From: the human T2T-CHM13v2.0 reference genome, Homo sapiens
Assembly: GCF_009914755.1 (NCBI RefSeq)
Contig: NC_060932.1
Direction: 5' to 3' (one strand)
DNA length: 64,000 nucleotides
Shown: piece after piece, positions 40,785 to 58,300 of the stretch
How positions within the stretch are numbered: position 1 is the stretch's first letter
Layout of the letters: every line of letters begins with the position of its first letter
The notes under the pieces: generated by a model
Database searches by the model: none
Told to the model about the DNA's origin: nothing
Seen by the model: only the letters and a program-made list of their open reading frames with translations
Program-made: the position numbers and the translations under genes

Positions 40785-41854
40785 TATCGGGGGACCTGCC
40801 CTGATAATCACGTAGGTTCTTTTCTATTTTCCCTAAGCGTCGGTCGGCTTGAGAAATAAAGGGACAGAGTACAAAAGAGAGAAATTTTAAAGCTGGGTGT
40901 CCGGGGGAGACTTCACACATTGGTAGGATCTGTGATGCCCCACAGGCCACAAAAACCAGCAAGTTTTTATTAGAGATTTTCAAAAGGGGAGGGAGTGTGC
41001 GAATAGGTGTAGGTGACAGACATCAAGTACTTAACAGGGTAATAGAATATCACAAGGCAAGTGGAGGCAGGGTGGGATCACAGGACCACAGGACCGAGGC
41101 GAAATTAAAATTGCTAATGAAGTTTCGGCACCATTGTCATTGATAACATTTTATCAGGAGACAGGGTTTTGAGATCAACTGGTCTGACCAAAATTTATTA
41201 GGTGGGAGTTTCCTCTTCCTAATAAGCCTGGGAGCACTATGGGAGACTGGAGTCTATTTCATCTCTGCAGCCTTGACCATAAAAGATGGCTTACGCCTAG
41301 GGGGGCCAGTTCAGAGACCTACTTGCAGGCACACATTCTCTTTCTCAGGGGTGTTCCATGCTGAGAAAAAGAATTCAGCAATATTTCTCCCGTTTGCTTT
41401 TTAAAGAAGAGAAATATGGCTCTGTTCCACCTGGCTCACCAGCGGTCACAGTTTAAGGTTATCTCTCTTATTCCCTGAACAATTGCTGTTATCCTGTTCT
41501 TTTTTCAAGATGCCCACATTTCGTATTGCTCAAACACACATGCTATACAATTTGTGCAGTTAATGCAATTATCACATGGTCCTGAGGTGACATACATCCT
41601 CCTTGGCTGACAGGATTAAGAAATTAAAGTAAAGACAGGCATAGGAAATCACAAGGGTATTGATTGGGGAAGTGATAAGTGTCCATGAAATCTTTACAAT
41701 TTATGTTTAGAGATTGAAGTAAAGACAAGCATAAGAAATTATAAAAGTATTAATTTGGGGAACTAATAAATGTCCATAAAATCTTCACAATCCACATTCT
41801 TCTGCCATGGCTTCATCTGGTCCCTCCGTTTGGGGTCCCTGACTTCCCGCAACA
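40785..41854 (-). mobile_element. MER11 (MER11C-sized, 1070 bp) HERV-K11/HML-8 solo LTR
   Basis: Minus strand starts TGTTGCGGGAAGTCAGGGACCCCAAACGGAGGGACC and ends CCCCCGATA; exact 6-bp TSD CCATGT at 40779-40784 and 41855-41860. Confidence 0.93.
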
Positions 41855-41994
41855 CCATGTTGGTGTGCTGCACCCATTAATTCGTCATTTAGTATTAGGT
41901 ATATCTCCTAATGCTATCCCTCCCCGCTCCCCCGACCCTACAACAGGCCCTGGTGTGTGATGTTCCCCTTCCTGTGTCCAAGTGTTCTCATTGT

Positions 41995-45801
<3,807 letters not shown>

Positions 45802-45866
45802 TATGATATTAGCTGGTTATTTTTCTCGTTAGTTGATGCAGTTTCTTCCTAGCCTCGATGCAAAAC

Positions 45867-46886
45867 CTACAATTTGGCATGGTTTTGCCATGGCTGGTAC
45901 CAGTTGTTCCTTTCCATGTTTAGTGCTTCCTTCAGGAGCTCTTTTAGGGCAGGCCTGGTGGTGACAAAATCTCTCAGCATTTGCTTTTCTGTAAAGTATT
46001 TTATTCCTCCTTCACTTATGAAGCTTAGTTTGGCTGGATATGAAATTCTGGGTTGAAAATTCTTTTCTTTAAGAATGTTGAATATTGGCCCCCACTCTGT
46101 TCTGGCTTGTAGAGTTTCTGCCGAGAGATGAGCTGTTAGTCTGATGGGCTTCCCTTTGTGGGTAACCTGACCTTTCTCTCTGGCTGCCCTTAACATTTTT
46201 TCCTTCATTTCAACTTTGGTGAATCTGACAATTATGTGTCTTGGAGTTGCTCTTCTAGAGGAGTGTCTTTGTGGCATTCTCTGTATTTCCTGAATGTGAA
46301 TGTTGGCCTGCCTTGCTAGATTGGGGAAGTTTTCCTGTATAATATCCTGCAGAGTGTTTTCCAACTCGGTTCCATTCTCCCCGTCACTTTGAGGTACACC
46401 AATCAGACATAGATTTAGTCTTTTCACATAGTCCCATATTTCTTGGAGGCTTTGTTCATTTCTTTTTATTCTTTTTTCTCTAAACTTTGCTTCTCACTTC
46501 ATTTCATTCATTTGATCTTCCATCACTGATACCCTTTCTTCCAGTTGATCGAATCGGCTATTGAGGCTTGTGCATTCGTCATGTAGTTCTCTTGCCTTGG
46601 TTTTCAGCTCCTTCAGGTCCTTTAAGGACTTCTCTGCATTGGTTATTCTAGTTAGCCATTCATCTATTTTTTTTTTAAAGTTTTTAACTTCTTTGGGTTT
46701 AAGGGTTTGAACTTCCTCCTTTAGCTCAGAGTAGTTTGATCCTCTGAAGCCTTCTTCTCTCAACTCGTCAAAGTCATTCTCCATCCAGCTTTGTTCCATT
46801 TCTGGTGAGGAACTGCATTCCTTTGGAGGAGGAGAGGCACTCTGATTTTTAGAGTTTCCAGTTTTTCTGCTCTGTTTTTTCCCCAT
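45867..46886 (-). pseudogene. Disrupted L1 ORF1
   Basis: MGKKQSRKTGNSKNQSASPPPK... stops at 46494; the remainder (45867-46427) ends ...NHAKL. Confidence 0.93.
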
Positions 46887-48629
46887 CTTTGTGGTTTTAT
46901 CTACCTTTGGTCTTTGATGATGGTGACGTACAGATGGGGTTTTGGTGTGGATGTCCTTTCAGTTTGTTAGTTTTCCTTCTAACAGTCAGGACCCTCAGCT
47001 GCAGGTCTGTTGGAGTTTGCTGGAGGTCCACTCCAGACCCTGTTTTGCTGGTTGTCAGCAGCGGAGGCTGCAGAACAGCGGATATTGGTGAGCAGAACAT
47101 GTTGCTGCCTGATCATTCCTGTGGAAGTTTTGTCTCAGAGGAGTACCCAGCCATGTGAGGTGTCAGTCTGCCCCTACTGGGGGGTGTCTCCCAGCTAGGC
47201 TACTTGGGCATCAGGGACCCTCTTGAGGAGACAGGGACATTTAAGTCTGCAGAGGATTCTGCTGCCTTTTGTTTGGCAATGCTCTGCCCCCAGAGGTGGA
47301 GTCTACAGAGGCAGTCAGGCCTCCTTGAGCTGCAGTGGGCTCCACCCAGTTCGAGCTTCCCAGCTGCTTTGTTTACCTACTCAAGCCTCAGCAATGGCGG
47401 GTGCTCCTCCCCCCGCCTAGCTGCCCACCTTGCAGTTTGATCTCAGACTGCTGTGCTAGCAATAAGCGAGGCTCTGTGGGCGTAGGACCCTCATAGGCAT
47501 GTGTGGGATATAATCTCCTGGTGTGCTGTTTCCTAAGACCGTTGGAAAAGCACAGTATTAGGTGGGAGTGACCCGATTTTCCAGGTGCCATCTGTCACCC
47601 CTTTCTTTGACTAGGAAAGGGAATTCCCTGACCCCCTGCACTTCCCAGGTGAGATGATGCCTCACCCTGCTTCGGCTCATGCTCAGTGCACTGCACCCAC
47701 TGTCCTGCGGCCACTGTCCGACACTCCCCAGTGAGATGAACATGGTACCTCAGTTGGAAATACAGACATCACCTGTCTTCTGCATCGCTCATGCTGGGAG
47801 CTGTAGACTGGAGCTCTTCCTATTTGGCCATCTAGCCTCCACCCCCTCATTAGTTATTTTTCCTGGTCATCCCCCTCCTCCCACCTGTCACCCTCTGAAA
47901 AGCCCCAGGTGTCTTGCTCCCCTCTATGTGTCCATGTGTTCTCATCATTTAGCTCCCACTTATAAGTGAGAAGATGTGGTATTTGGTTTCCTGTTCCTGT
48001 GCTAGTTTGCTAAGGATTATGGCCTCCAGCTCCAGTTTACGGGCAGGGGTGGAACCATGTGTATAAGAATCTGATTTGGTTCTTGGAATCTGGACACTGC
48101 TGATTTTTAGTCATCATCAGTGATGCTCCCATTACGATTGACCACAGGGCTGCAAACTAAGTTTATTTGATTACCCTTCTTTGGCCTCTTGACTTTCCAG
48201 AAATGGGACTTTCTGCTTCTATAGGGCATAGTCAGAAGTGTCTGGGGATAGGATATTAAAAGGAAAAAGCAGCAGCCATGAGGAAGGCCAACTCTAATAC
48301 CCATAAGGACCCTATCTGATGGGCAGGGGATGTGTAATGGCAGGAACCTTTGGTAGTGACAATACTTGAGGCCTGAAGAGTGGCAACACCTTAGTTCAGC
48401 ATGGTCTCTATGGAGGGGGACCTTGGCTAGCAGCTGGAAGTATGTTCTTTGGTGTCTAAATGGGAGGGTTCTGGCAAGGACTAAGCTTCTGCTCAGCAGT
48501 CTAACTTTAGGGGGAAACTGGATAATTAGCAGGGTCTGGTGGGACTGTCAAATAGTTGGTTGGACAACTTGAAAACTGAAGGATCTTAGCTTGAGGCCTC
48601 AGATCCTCAGCAGTTGCAACCTCAGTAGA

Positions 48630-48810
48630 TATACTGTGCTGTGCCTGGTTCTGAGGTCTGTACATTGGAATCAGTGGAAGAACTTAATACTGATGGCCAG
48701 CCTCACCTGCTGAGTGCTTGAGCAGAAACTCTGGGGTGAAGGTGATATTTTGGCATTTTTAGAAGCTGCAGTGATGACTCTAATGCACAGCCAAGGGTGA
48801 GTTACACCAG
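48630..48810. mobile_element. MER5-like DNA transposon fragment
   Basis: GTACATTGGAATCA...CAGAAACTCTGGGG...TGATGACTCTAATGCACAGCCAAGG. Confidence 0.45.
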
Positions 48811-48909
48811 TTACTAAATGGTCCTGTTAATCCCAGCTCTTCTCACTGCTACAATGTGGCTGTGAGTGCATTGCCTCTCTTAGTCACAACTGGCTCAATA
48901 ATGGAGCAG

Positions 48910-49490
48910 ACCTTACTATATCTCATTATGTCTAATTACTATAACTACTTTAAGTCAGTACACATCTGAAGTAGATTTTGATAAGTTACCAGGTATATGT
49001 AAGCCCTAGAGGAACACCAAAAGCAAAAACCTGAAAAAATCATTAAAGGAATAAAATGTTACACTAGAAAATATTTAGTTAAGTAGTAAAGGAGTAATAG
49101 ACAAAGAGAAAACAAAATGCAAAATGACAGACATAAATGTACCTTCATCGATAATAACATTAAGTGTGAATGAATAAAACAATAATAAAATAACAATCTG
49201 AAAGGTACAGCTTGTAATACTGGATAAAAATATAAGATTAAGTATATGCTCTATACAGGGACACAATTTAGAGTGAAAAATACAAATAGATTGAAAGTAA
49301 AAAGATGGTAAAGGCATATTATGCAAACAGCAACCATTAATAAATCTGGAGTTGGAGTTGCTATACTATCAGACAAAATCAACTTTAGGATAAAAATGTT
49401 GCTAGAGATAAAGAAGGACATTTTATAATAATAAAAAGGTCAATCCATGAAAAAGATATAACAATTATAAACATATATACACCTGAACAC
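48910..49490 (+). mobile_element. Old L1M fragment (ORF2 endonuclease start), apparently resuming at ~60186-60496
   Basis: ATCAGACAAAATCAACTTTAG...GATAAAGAAGGACATTTTATAATAATAAAAAGGTCAATCCATG...AACATATATACACCT. Confidence 0.7.
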
Positions 49491-49499
49491 TCTAGGAAA

Positions 49500-52400
49500 C
49501 ATCAACAAGATGGCAGAATAGGAGGTTCCATCCCTCAACCCTCTGGTACCCACAGAAACACTGGTTTTAACAACCACTTATAATGACAATACCTTTATGG
49601 AAACCCAGAAGACTAGTTTAGAGGTTCCAGCAAAATGGGGAAGCAAAAAAATCCAAGAATAGAAGCATTGAAGAGGGTGAGAAGAACAGTTTCATTTCAT
49701 GTGTGTCATTCCTCCATGAAGGCAGCACAGATCAGTGCCAAGAGAAACCCTCAGCCTGAGGTTTCTTCCATGGGGGAAGTAAGAGCAAAGTGAGTTCCTG
49801 GCTTCCTTGGCTGCTGTGATCTGAATGAATGTCCCCCTCAAATTCGTATGTGAAATCTAATCTCTAATGTGATGGTAGTAAGAAATGGTGCCTTTGGAAG
49901 ATGATTATATCATGAGGGTTTAGCTCTCATGAATGGGATTAGTGCCCTAATAAAAAAAAGGCCCCCGAGAGCTGCCTTTCCCCTTCTACCAAGTGAGGAC
50001 ACCACTGGAAGTCACTGTCTGTGAGTAATGGGCCCTCACCAGAAACTGAGTCTGTCTGATACTTAATCTTGGACTACCCAGCCTGAGATAAACATTTACT
50101 TCTCACAGTTATTTATAAGCCACCCAGGTTATGATATCTTGTTATAGCAACCCAAACAAACTCAGAAAGAAACCTTGTGGGATACTGCCCAGGAAACCTA
50201 CTTTTGTCTCACCCATCCAGAACACTACAGGGATTGGCACAGATGAATTGCCTGGGAGCAGCATGAGCAGAGAGAAGGGACAGGGTTTCACAGCAGCCTG
50301 TGCATGACACTCTCATACAGCTGCAGATCCTACTGGTCAGCTCAGAGACTTCACCAGGAGCCCCACCAGGTTCACCCCATGAGCCCTGTGGGGTGTCTGT
50401 TAGATAAGAGACCCCCAACTAGCTTATGAGTTTCCTCACCACAATGGCCATCACATGTGATCCCTCTCAGATAGCTTCTCATGCTCCCCTGCAGATGGAA
50501 TGCGCATTCCCACACAGACAGCACATGGATATCAGCAGCTGTCTTAACTCTGCTGAATTGGTAGAAGATACACAACCTTAAACACTTCAGGGTGCTACTC
50601 TAGGGAAAACAAATGGGAGGCTGTCAGTACTTGGTCTGGTTTTACAAGATTAAGAGGATTTGAGAGAAAGCACACAATCCTAAGACCCCCCCCGACCGCT
50701 CCCCAGGGGGAAAATAGAGGAGTGGAGTGAATGTAGTCATAAAGAAATCTGAGAATCTCTAGCCAGGCTGACTGGTGAAGATCTTTCTCTCCTGAAGCTA
50801 GTCAGTTAAGGCAGGAGGAAGTGACTGCTTCTTCAAATGCAAAGATAACAGTGCAAGGCTTCAAGGGGCATGAAAAGTAAGAAAATATGACACTACTAAA
50901 GAAATGAAATAAATCTCCAGTGGTTGACCCCAAATAAATAAAGATGTATAAACTGCCTGACAAAGAATTCAAATTAATTTTCTTAAAGAAGCTCAGTGAG
51001 CTGCAAGAGAATATGGATAGATAACTAAATAAAATAAGAAAAACAATGCGTGAACAAAATGAGAAATCTAATAAAGAGTTAGAAACTATAAAAAAGAACC
51101 AAACAGAAATTTGGGAGCTGAAGAAGACAGTGACTGAACTGAAGTTAGATATTAAATGAGCAATCTAACTTTACACCTCAAGGAAATTTAAAAAGAAGAG
51201 CAAACTAACCCTAAAGTTAGCAGAGGATTAGTAAAGATTAATAATAAAGATTAGAGCAGAAACAAATGGATAGAGACTAGAAGGACAATAAAAATGTCAA
51301 GGAAACTGAACTGGTCTTTTGAAAAGATAAACAAAATTTTAAATACCTTAACCTAGGCTAAGAAAAGACTTAAAGTTATAAACAAAAGAGAAGACATTAA
51401 AACTGATACCACAGTAATATGTCTGATCATAAAAGACTACTGTGAACAATTACATGCCAAAAAATTGTATAGCCTAGAAGAAATAAATAAATTCCTGTAA
51501 ACACACAACATACTGAAATCAAGTTATGAAGAAATAGAAAATCTGAATACATCATTAACAAGTAAGAGATTGAACCAGTAATCAAAAACTTCCCAACCAA
51601 GAAAAGCCAGGGACTGAATGGCTTCACTGGTAAATTTTACCAAAAATATAAAGAATTAATGCTAATTATTCTCAAATTCTTCCAAAAAAATTGAAGAGGA
51701 GGAAACAATTCTAAGCTTATTTTACCAGGCCAGAATTACTCTGGTACTAAAGCCAGAAAAGGACATCACATAAGAGAAAATTATAGGCCAATATTTCTGA
51801 TGGACATTGATGCAAAAATCTTGAACAAAATATTAGCAAACTAAAGTGAACAGCACATTAAATGATCACACAATATAAGGAATTTATTCCTGGGATGCAA
51901 GGATGGTTAAACGTATGCAAATCCACATAATATACTATATTAACAGAATGAAGGATAAAAGTCATATGATCACATCAATAGATGCAGAAAAAGCATTTGA
52001 CAAAATTTAGCATCCTTTCATGATAACAACTCTCAACAAATTAGGTTTAGAAGGAATTCACCTTAACCTAATATGGGCCATATATAACAAGCCCACAGCT
52101 AACCTTATACTTTGTGGCAAAAAGCTGAAAGCTTTTCTGCTAAGATCAAAAACAAAACAAAGATGTCCACTCTCACTAATTTTATTCAAAATAGTACTGG
52201 AAGTTCTAGCCAAGGCCATTAGGCAAGAAAAGAAATAAAAATTATTCAAATCAGGAAGGAGGAAATAAGACTCCCTTTGTTGTAGATAAGATGATTTTAT
52301 ATACAGAAAACCCAAAAGACTCTACCAAAAGCTGTTAAACAAGTAAAAATCAGTTGTAGCTTTATATACTAACAATGAACTATCTGAAAAAGAATTTAGA

Positions 52401-52520
52401 AAACAATCTCATTTACAATAACCTCAAAAAGAATAAAATACATAGGAATAAATTTAAGGAGGTGAAAGATTTTTACCCTCAAAACTATAAAACATTGATG
52501 AAAGAAACTGAAAATGTCCA
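49500..52520 (+). mobile_element. L1M/L1MA element with 5'UTR, partial ORF1 and an internal deletion into ORF2 (~51145)
   Basis: CAAGATGGCAGAATAGGAGG 5' start; ORF1-like CCTGACAAAGAATTCAAA...AAGCTCAGTGAG; ORF2 peptide [11 protein letters not shown]...[18 protein letters not shown]. Confidence 0.8.
49812..50168 (+). mobile_element. MSTD/MLT1A-type MaLR solo LTR in an L1 5'UTR
   Basis: TGCTGTGATCTGAATG...AAATTCGTATGTGAAATCTAA...CTCATGAATGGGATTAGTGCCCT...GTTATAGCAACCCAAAC. Confidence 0.8.
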
Positions 52521-55340
52521 TAGTGAAAATAGAAATCAATACTTTAAAAAGTCACTGAAAACCATGGAATTATGTGGAAATTAAACAACTTACTCCTGAA
52601 TGACTTTTGGGCTAGTAATGAAATTAAGGCAGAAATCAAGAAATTATTTGAAACTAATGAAAACAAAGATAGAACACACCAGAATCGCTGGGACACAGCT
52701 AAGGCAGTGTTAAGAAGGAAATTTTTAGGATTAAATACCCACAACAAAAAGTTAGAATGATCTCCAATTAACAACCTAATGTCACAACTAATAGAACTAG
52801 ACAAGTAACAGCAAACCAGCCTCAAAGCTATCAGGAGGCAAGAAATAACCAAAATCTGAGCAGAACTGAAGCTGAGTAGGACACAAAACACCATTCAAAA
52901 GACCAACGAATCCAGAATTTGGTTGTTTGAAAAAAAATTAGTAAGACAGATAGGCTGATGGCTAGACTAATAAAGAAAATATACAAATAGTCACAATCAG
53001 AAATGATGAATGGAATGTTATCACTGACCCTACAGAGATACAAATAACCATCAGAGATTACTACAAACACTTATGCACACAGACTAGAAAACCTAGAAGA
53101 GATGGATAAATTATTAGACACACACATCCTCCAAAGATTGAAACATGAAGAAATTGAATCCCTGAAGAGACCAATAATGAGCTCCAAAATTGAATTAGTA
53201 ATAAATAGACTATCAACCACAAAAAAAAAAAGGCACAGCACCAGATAGATTCACCAGATATCTGAATTCTGCCTCATGTACGAAGAAGAGATGCTACCAT
53301 TTCTGATGAAGCTATTCCAAAAAATTGAGGAGAAGGGACTCTTCCTTAAATCATTCTATGAGGTCAGCATCATCCTAACACCAAAATCTGGCAGAAACAC
53401 AACAAAAAAAGAAAACTTCAGGCCAATATCTTTGATGAACATTGATGCAAAAATTGTCAACAAACTACTAGCAAAGTGAATCCAGTGGCAAATAAAAAAG
53501 CTAATCCACCATGATCAAATAGGATTTATCCCTGGGACACAGGGTTGCTTCAACATATGCCAATCAATAAATGTGACTCATCACATAAATGGAACTAAAG
53601 ACTAAAGTCACGTGATTTTCTCAGTAGATGCAGAAAAGGCTTTTGACAAAATTCAACATCCCTTCCTGTTAAAAAATCTCAATAAACTAGATATTGAAGG
53701 AATATACTTCAAAATAATAAGAGCCACCTATGACAAACTGACAGCCAACATCGTATTGAATGTGCAAAAGCTGGAAGCATTCCCCTTGGAAACTGGCACA
53801 AGACAAGGATGCCCTCTGATATGGTTTGGCTGTGTCCCCACCCGAATTTCATCTTGAATTGTGGCTCCCATAATTCTCAAGTGTTGTGGGAGGGACCTGG
53901 AGGGAGGTAACTGAATCATGGGGCTAGGTCTTTCTCAAGATGGTGAATAAGTCTCATGAGATCTGATCCTTTTATAAATGGTTTTATTAGTTCATTAGCA
54001 GCATGAGAATGGACTAATACAGTAAATTGGTACTGGGTAATGGGATGCTGATGTAAAGATACCCAAAAATGTGGAAGTGTCTTTGGAACTTGGTAAGAGG
54101 CAGAGGTTGGAACAATTTGTAGGGTTTAGAAGTGGACAGGAAGATATGGAAAAATTTGGAACTTCCTACAGACCTGTTGAATGGCTTTGACCAAAATGCT
54201 GATGGTGATAGGGGCAATGAAGTCCAGGTTGAGGTGGTCTCAGATGGAGATCTGACAGCTTGCACTCTGTGCCTGGAGAAGCCTCAGACACTCAGTGCCA
54301 GCACATGAAAGCAGCCAGGAGTGGGCTATACATTGCAAAGCCACAAGGGTGGAGCTGCCCAAGGCTGTGGGAAACTACCTCTTGAATCAGCATGACCTGG
54401 ATGTAAGACATAGAGTCAAAGGAGATCATTTTAGAACTTTAAGGTTTAATGACTGCCCTATTGGATTTTGCACTTGGATGGGGCCTGTAGTGCTTTTGTT
54501 TTGGTCAGTTTCTCCCATTGGGAATGGGTGTATTTACTCAATGCCTGTACCCTCATTGTATCGAGGAAGTAACTAACTTGCTTTTAATTTTACAGGCTCA
54601 TAGGCAGAAGGGACTTGCCTTGTCTCAGATGAGACTTTGAACTGTGGACCTCTGAGTTAATGCTGAAATGAGGTAAGACTTTGGGGGACTGTTGGGAAGG
54701 CATGATTGGTTTTGAAATATGAGAACATGAGATTTTGGAGGGGCCAGAGGTGGAATGATATGGTTTAGTTGTGTCCCCACCCAAATCTCATCTTGAATTG
54801 TAGCTCCCATAATTCCCACATGTTGTGGGAAGAACTCAGTGGGATGTAATTGAATCATGGGAGCGGGTCTTTCCCATGTGTTCTCATGATAGTGAATAAG
54901 GCTCATGAGATCTGATGGTTTTTTAAAGGGGAGTTCTCCTACTCAAGCTTTTTTGCCTGCTGCCATGTGAGATGTGTCTCTGTTACTTCTTTGCCTTCCA
55001 CCATGATTGTGAGGCCTCCCCAGTCATGTGGAACTATGAGTCCATTGAACCTCTTTTTCTTTGTAAATTACCCAGTCTTGGGTATGTCTTTATTACAACA
55101 TGAGAATGAACTAACATAGTAATCAATAAACTATGTTTTGAAAGAACATACGTCAAAGTAATAAGAGTCACCTATGACAAACTGACAGCCAACATCATAC
55201 TGAATGCACAAAAGCTGGAAGCATTCCCCTTGAAAACTGGCACAAGACAAGGATGTCCTCTCTTAACCCTCCTATTCAACATAGTATTGGGAGTTCTGGC
55301 CAGGGCAATCATGCAAGGGAAAGAAATAAAGGACATTCAC
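52520..55340 (+). mobile_element. L1PA/L1PB ORF2 fragment interrupted by THE1
   Basis: [32 protein letters not shown]; [16 protein letters not shown]; [17 protein letters not shown]. Confidence 0.88.
53817..55118 (+). mobile_element. THE1B/C MaLR provirus: deleted 5'LTR 53817-54021, deleted internal region 54022-54755, 3'LTR 54756-55118
   Basis: Both LTRs start TGATATGGTTT; the internal region starts GTAAATTGGTAC and ends with the purine-rich GGAGGGGCCAGAGGTGGAA. Confidence 0.92.
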
Positions 55341-58300
55341 TAGGGGAACTGTCAGGCCTGAACTTTGCAGGGCAATCTTGCTCATCCAATGGTGCTCGTC
55401 TCATCTGAGCACCCGTTGGTCTGCTGGCCTCTCTTAGGGCCTCAGCCTGGCCACACCTGCTTGCAGAGCAGTCTCAGGTGCCCTGGGGGCCTGCACCATA
55501 GCTTCTGTGCTGGTGGACTGTGCCTGACCAGTGGAGAGGTCTAATGGGGCAGCCACTATGGCCATACAGCAGCTTGCATGCTCCCTCCCCATACTGCAGC
55601 TTCCCCCAAGTCCATGGCAACTCCCCATGTTGCTTGCTGTTGCCCATCTGCATGGATGGGTTTTGCTTTCCTTGCTCCACCAGTGCAAGGGAGTGCAGTC
55701 TGGCCCTCCTCCCTCAACTGACTGCCATTGCAGATGAAGCCTTGGTGGGCAGAGAGTCAACCAGTCCCACCCCCACCCCCACCAACACCCTGCCCTTGCA
55801 CTAACACTGTGTAGAGAACAGTGGATTCTCCCCTGCCCTTAGCAATCACTCCTGCTTGTGGGGCACAGATAAGGCACCTAGATCTGTGTCCACCAGCACC
55901 TTACCCCTGAGCCAACACCACCTTTAGCATGACTGTGCACATAGTCCCCAGCAAGGGCCCCCCTGACACCACCCCACCAGCTGTGTTGCCTCTGTCACCG
56001 TAGTAAATGCCTGCAGGGAGACAGGCACCCTGGCACCTGCAAACACTCTGTCATAGCTGCCACACCTCAGGCCCCCCACCCCCTGGCACAAGTGGATTCT
56101 TAACCTTGAGGAGCCAGAGAACAAAGCTGGGGCCCAATATCAGTTCAGAGCACAGAGTCCATGAGATGGGAGATGAGCACTGTCTACCTAAAATCTTCCA
56201 GAAATAGAGCCAGCCATCTGAATTCACCTTATACCACAATCAAACCCTCAATGTCATCAGGTAGTATAAAAGAAGAAAAAAAAAACACTCTGCCAAAGGT
56301 CAGAAGCCTCAAAGATTGAAGGGAGATAAGCCTACAAAGATGAGAAAGAATCAGTGCAAGAACCCTGAAAACTCTAAAAGCTGGAATGCCCTCTTTCCTT
56401 CAAATGACCACATCACCTCTGCAGCAAGTATTTTGAACGGGGCTGAGATGGCTGAAATGACAGAAATCGAATTCAGAATATGGATAGGAAGGAAGATCAT
56501 TGAGCTAGAGGAGTACATTGAAACCCAATTCAAAAAACCTAGAAATCATGATAAAACAAAACAGGAGCTGACAGACAAAATAGCCAGTATAGAAAAAAGA
56601 ATTTAACCAACCTGATAGAGCTGAAAAACACATTACAAGAATTTCATAATGCAATCACAAGTATTAATAACAGAATAGTCCAAGAAAAGGGAAGAATCTC
56701 AGAACTTGATGATTGGCTTTCTGAAATAAGACAGTCAGACAAGAATAGAGAAAAAAGAATGGAAAGGAATTAATAAAACCTCCAATAAATGTGAGATTAT
56801 TTAAAGAGAGTAAATCTATGACTCACTGGTGTCCCTGAAAGTGATGGGGAGAATGAAACCAACTTGGAAAACATACTTGGGGATATCATTCATAAGAACT
56901 TCCCCAACCTAGCTAGAGAGGCCAACATTCAAATTCAACAAATGCAGAGAACCCCACTAAGATACTTCACAAGAAGATCATCCCCAAGACACATAATCAG
57001 ATTCTCCAACGTCAAAATAAAAGAAAAAAATGTTAATGGCAGCTAGTGAGAAAGGTCAGGTAACCTACAAAGGGAAGCCCTTCAGACTAACACTGGACCT
57101 CTCAGCAGAAACCCTGCAAACCAGAATATATCTGGGGCCAATATTCAAACTTCTTAAAGAAAAGAAATTCCAACCTGGAATTTCATATCCAGCCAAACCA
57201 AGCTTCATAAGTGAAGGAGAAATAAGATCCTTTTCAGACAAGGAAATGCTGAGGGAATTTGTTACCAGCAGACCTGCATTACAAGAGCTCTAGAAGGAAG
57301 CACTAAATATGGAAAGAAAAGACCATTACCAGCTGCTACAAAAACACACCAAAGTACACAGACCAGTGGCACTATTAAGCAACCACATAAACAAGTCTGC
57401 AAAATAACCAGTTAAAATCATGATGACAGGAACAAATCCACACACATCAATACTAACTTTGAATGTAAATGGGCTAAATGCCCCAATTAAAGGGCACAGA
57501 GTGGCAAGCTGGATAAAGACCCAATGGTATGCTGTCTTCAAGAGATCCATCTCACATGCAATGACACACATAGGCTCAAAATAAAGGGATGAAGAAAAAT
57601 CTACCAAGCTAATAGAAAATAGAAAAAAGCAGAGGTTGCGATCTTAGTTTCAGACAAAATAGACTTTAAACCACGAAGATCAAAAAAGACAAAGAAGGGC
57701 ATTACATAATGATAAAAAGTTCAGTTCAACTAGAAGATCGAATTATCCTAAATATATATGCATTAAACACAAACCACCCAGGTTCATAAAGCAAGTTCTT
57801 AGAGACCTTCAAAGAGTCTTACACTCCCACACAATAATAGTGGGAGATTTTAACACTGCACTAACAATATTAGACAGATCATTGATACAAAAAATTAACA
57901 AAGATATTCAGGACCTGAGCTCAGCACTAGATTAAAAAGACCTGACGACATCTACAGAACCCTCTACTCCAAAACAACAGAATATACATTCTTCTCATTG
58001 CCACATGGCACATACTCTAAAACTGATCAGATATTTGGAAGCAAAACACTCCTCAGCAAATGCAAGATACCTGAAGTCATAGCGAACAATGTCTCAGACC
58101 ACAGCATAATCAAATTAGAAATTAAGACTAAGAAATTCACTCAAAGCCATACAATTACATGGAAATTGAATAAGCTGCTCCTGAATGGCTTTTGAGTAAA
58201 TAATGAAATTAAGACAGATGTCAAGAAGTTCTTTGAAAGTAATGAGAACAAAGATACAACATAACAGAATTTCTGGGACACAGCTAAGGTAGTGTTAAGA

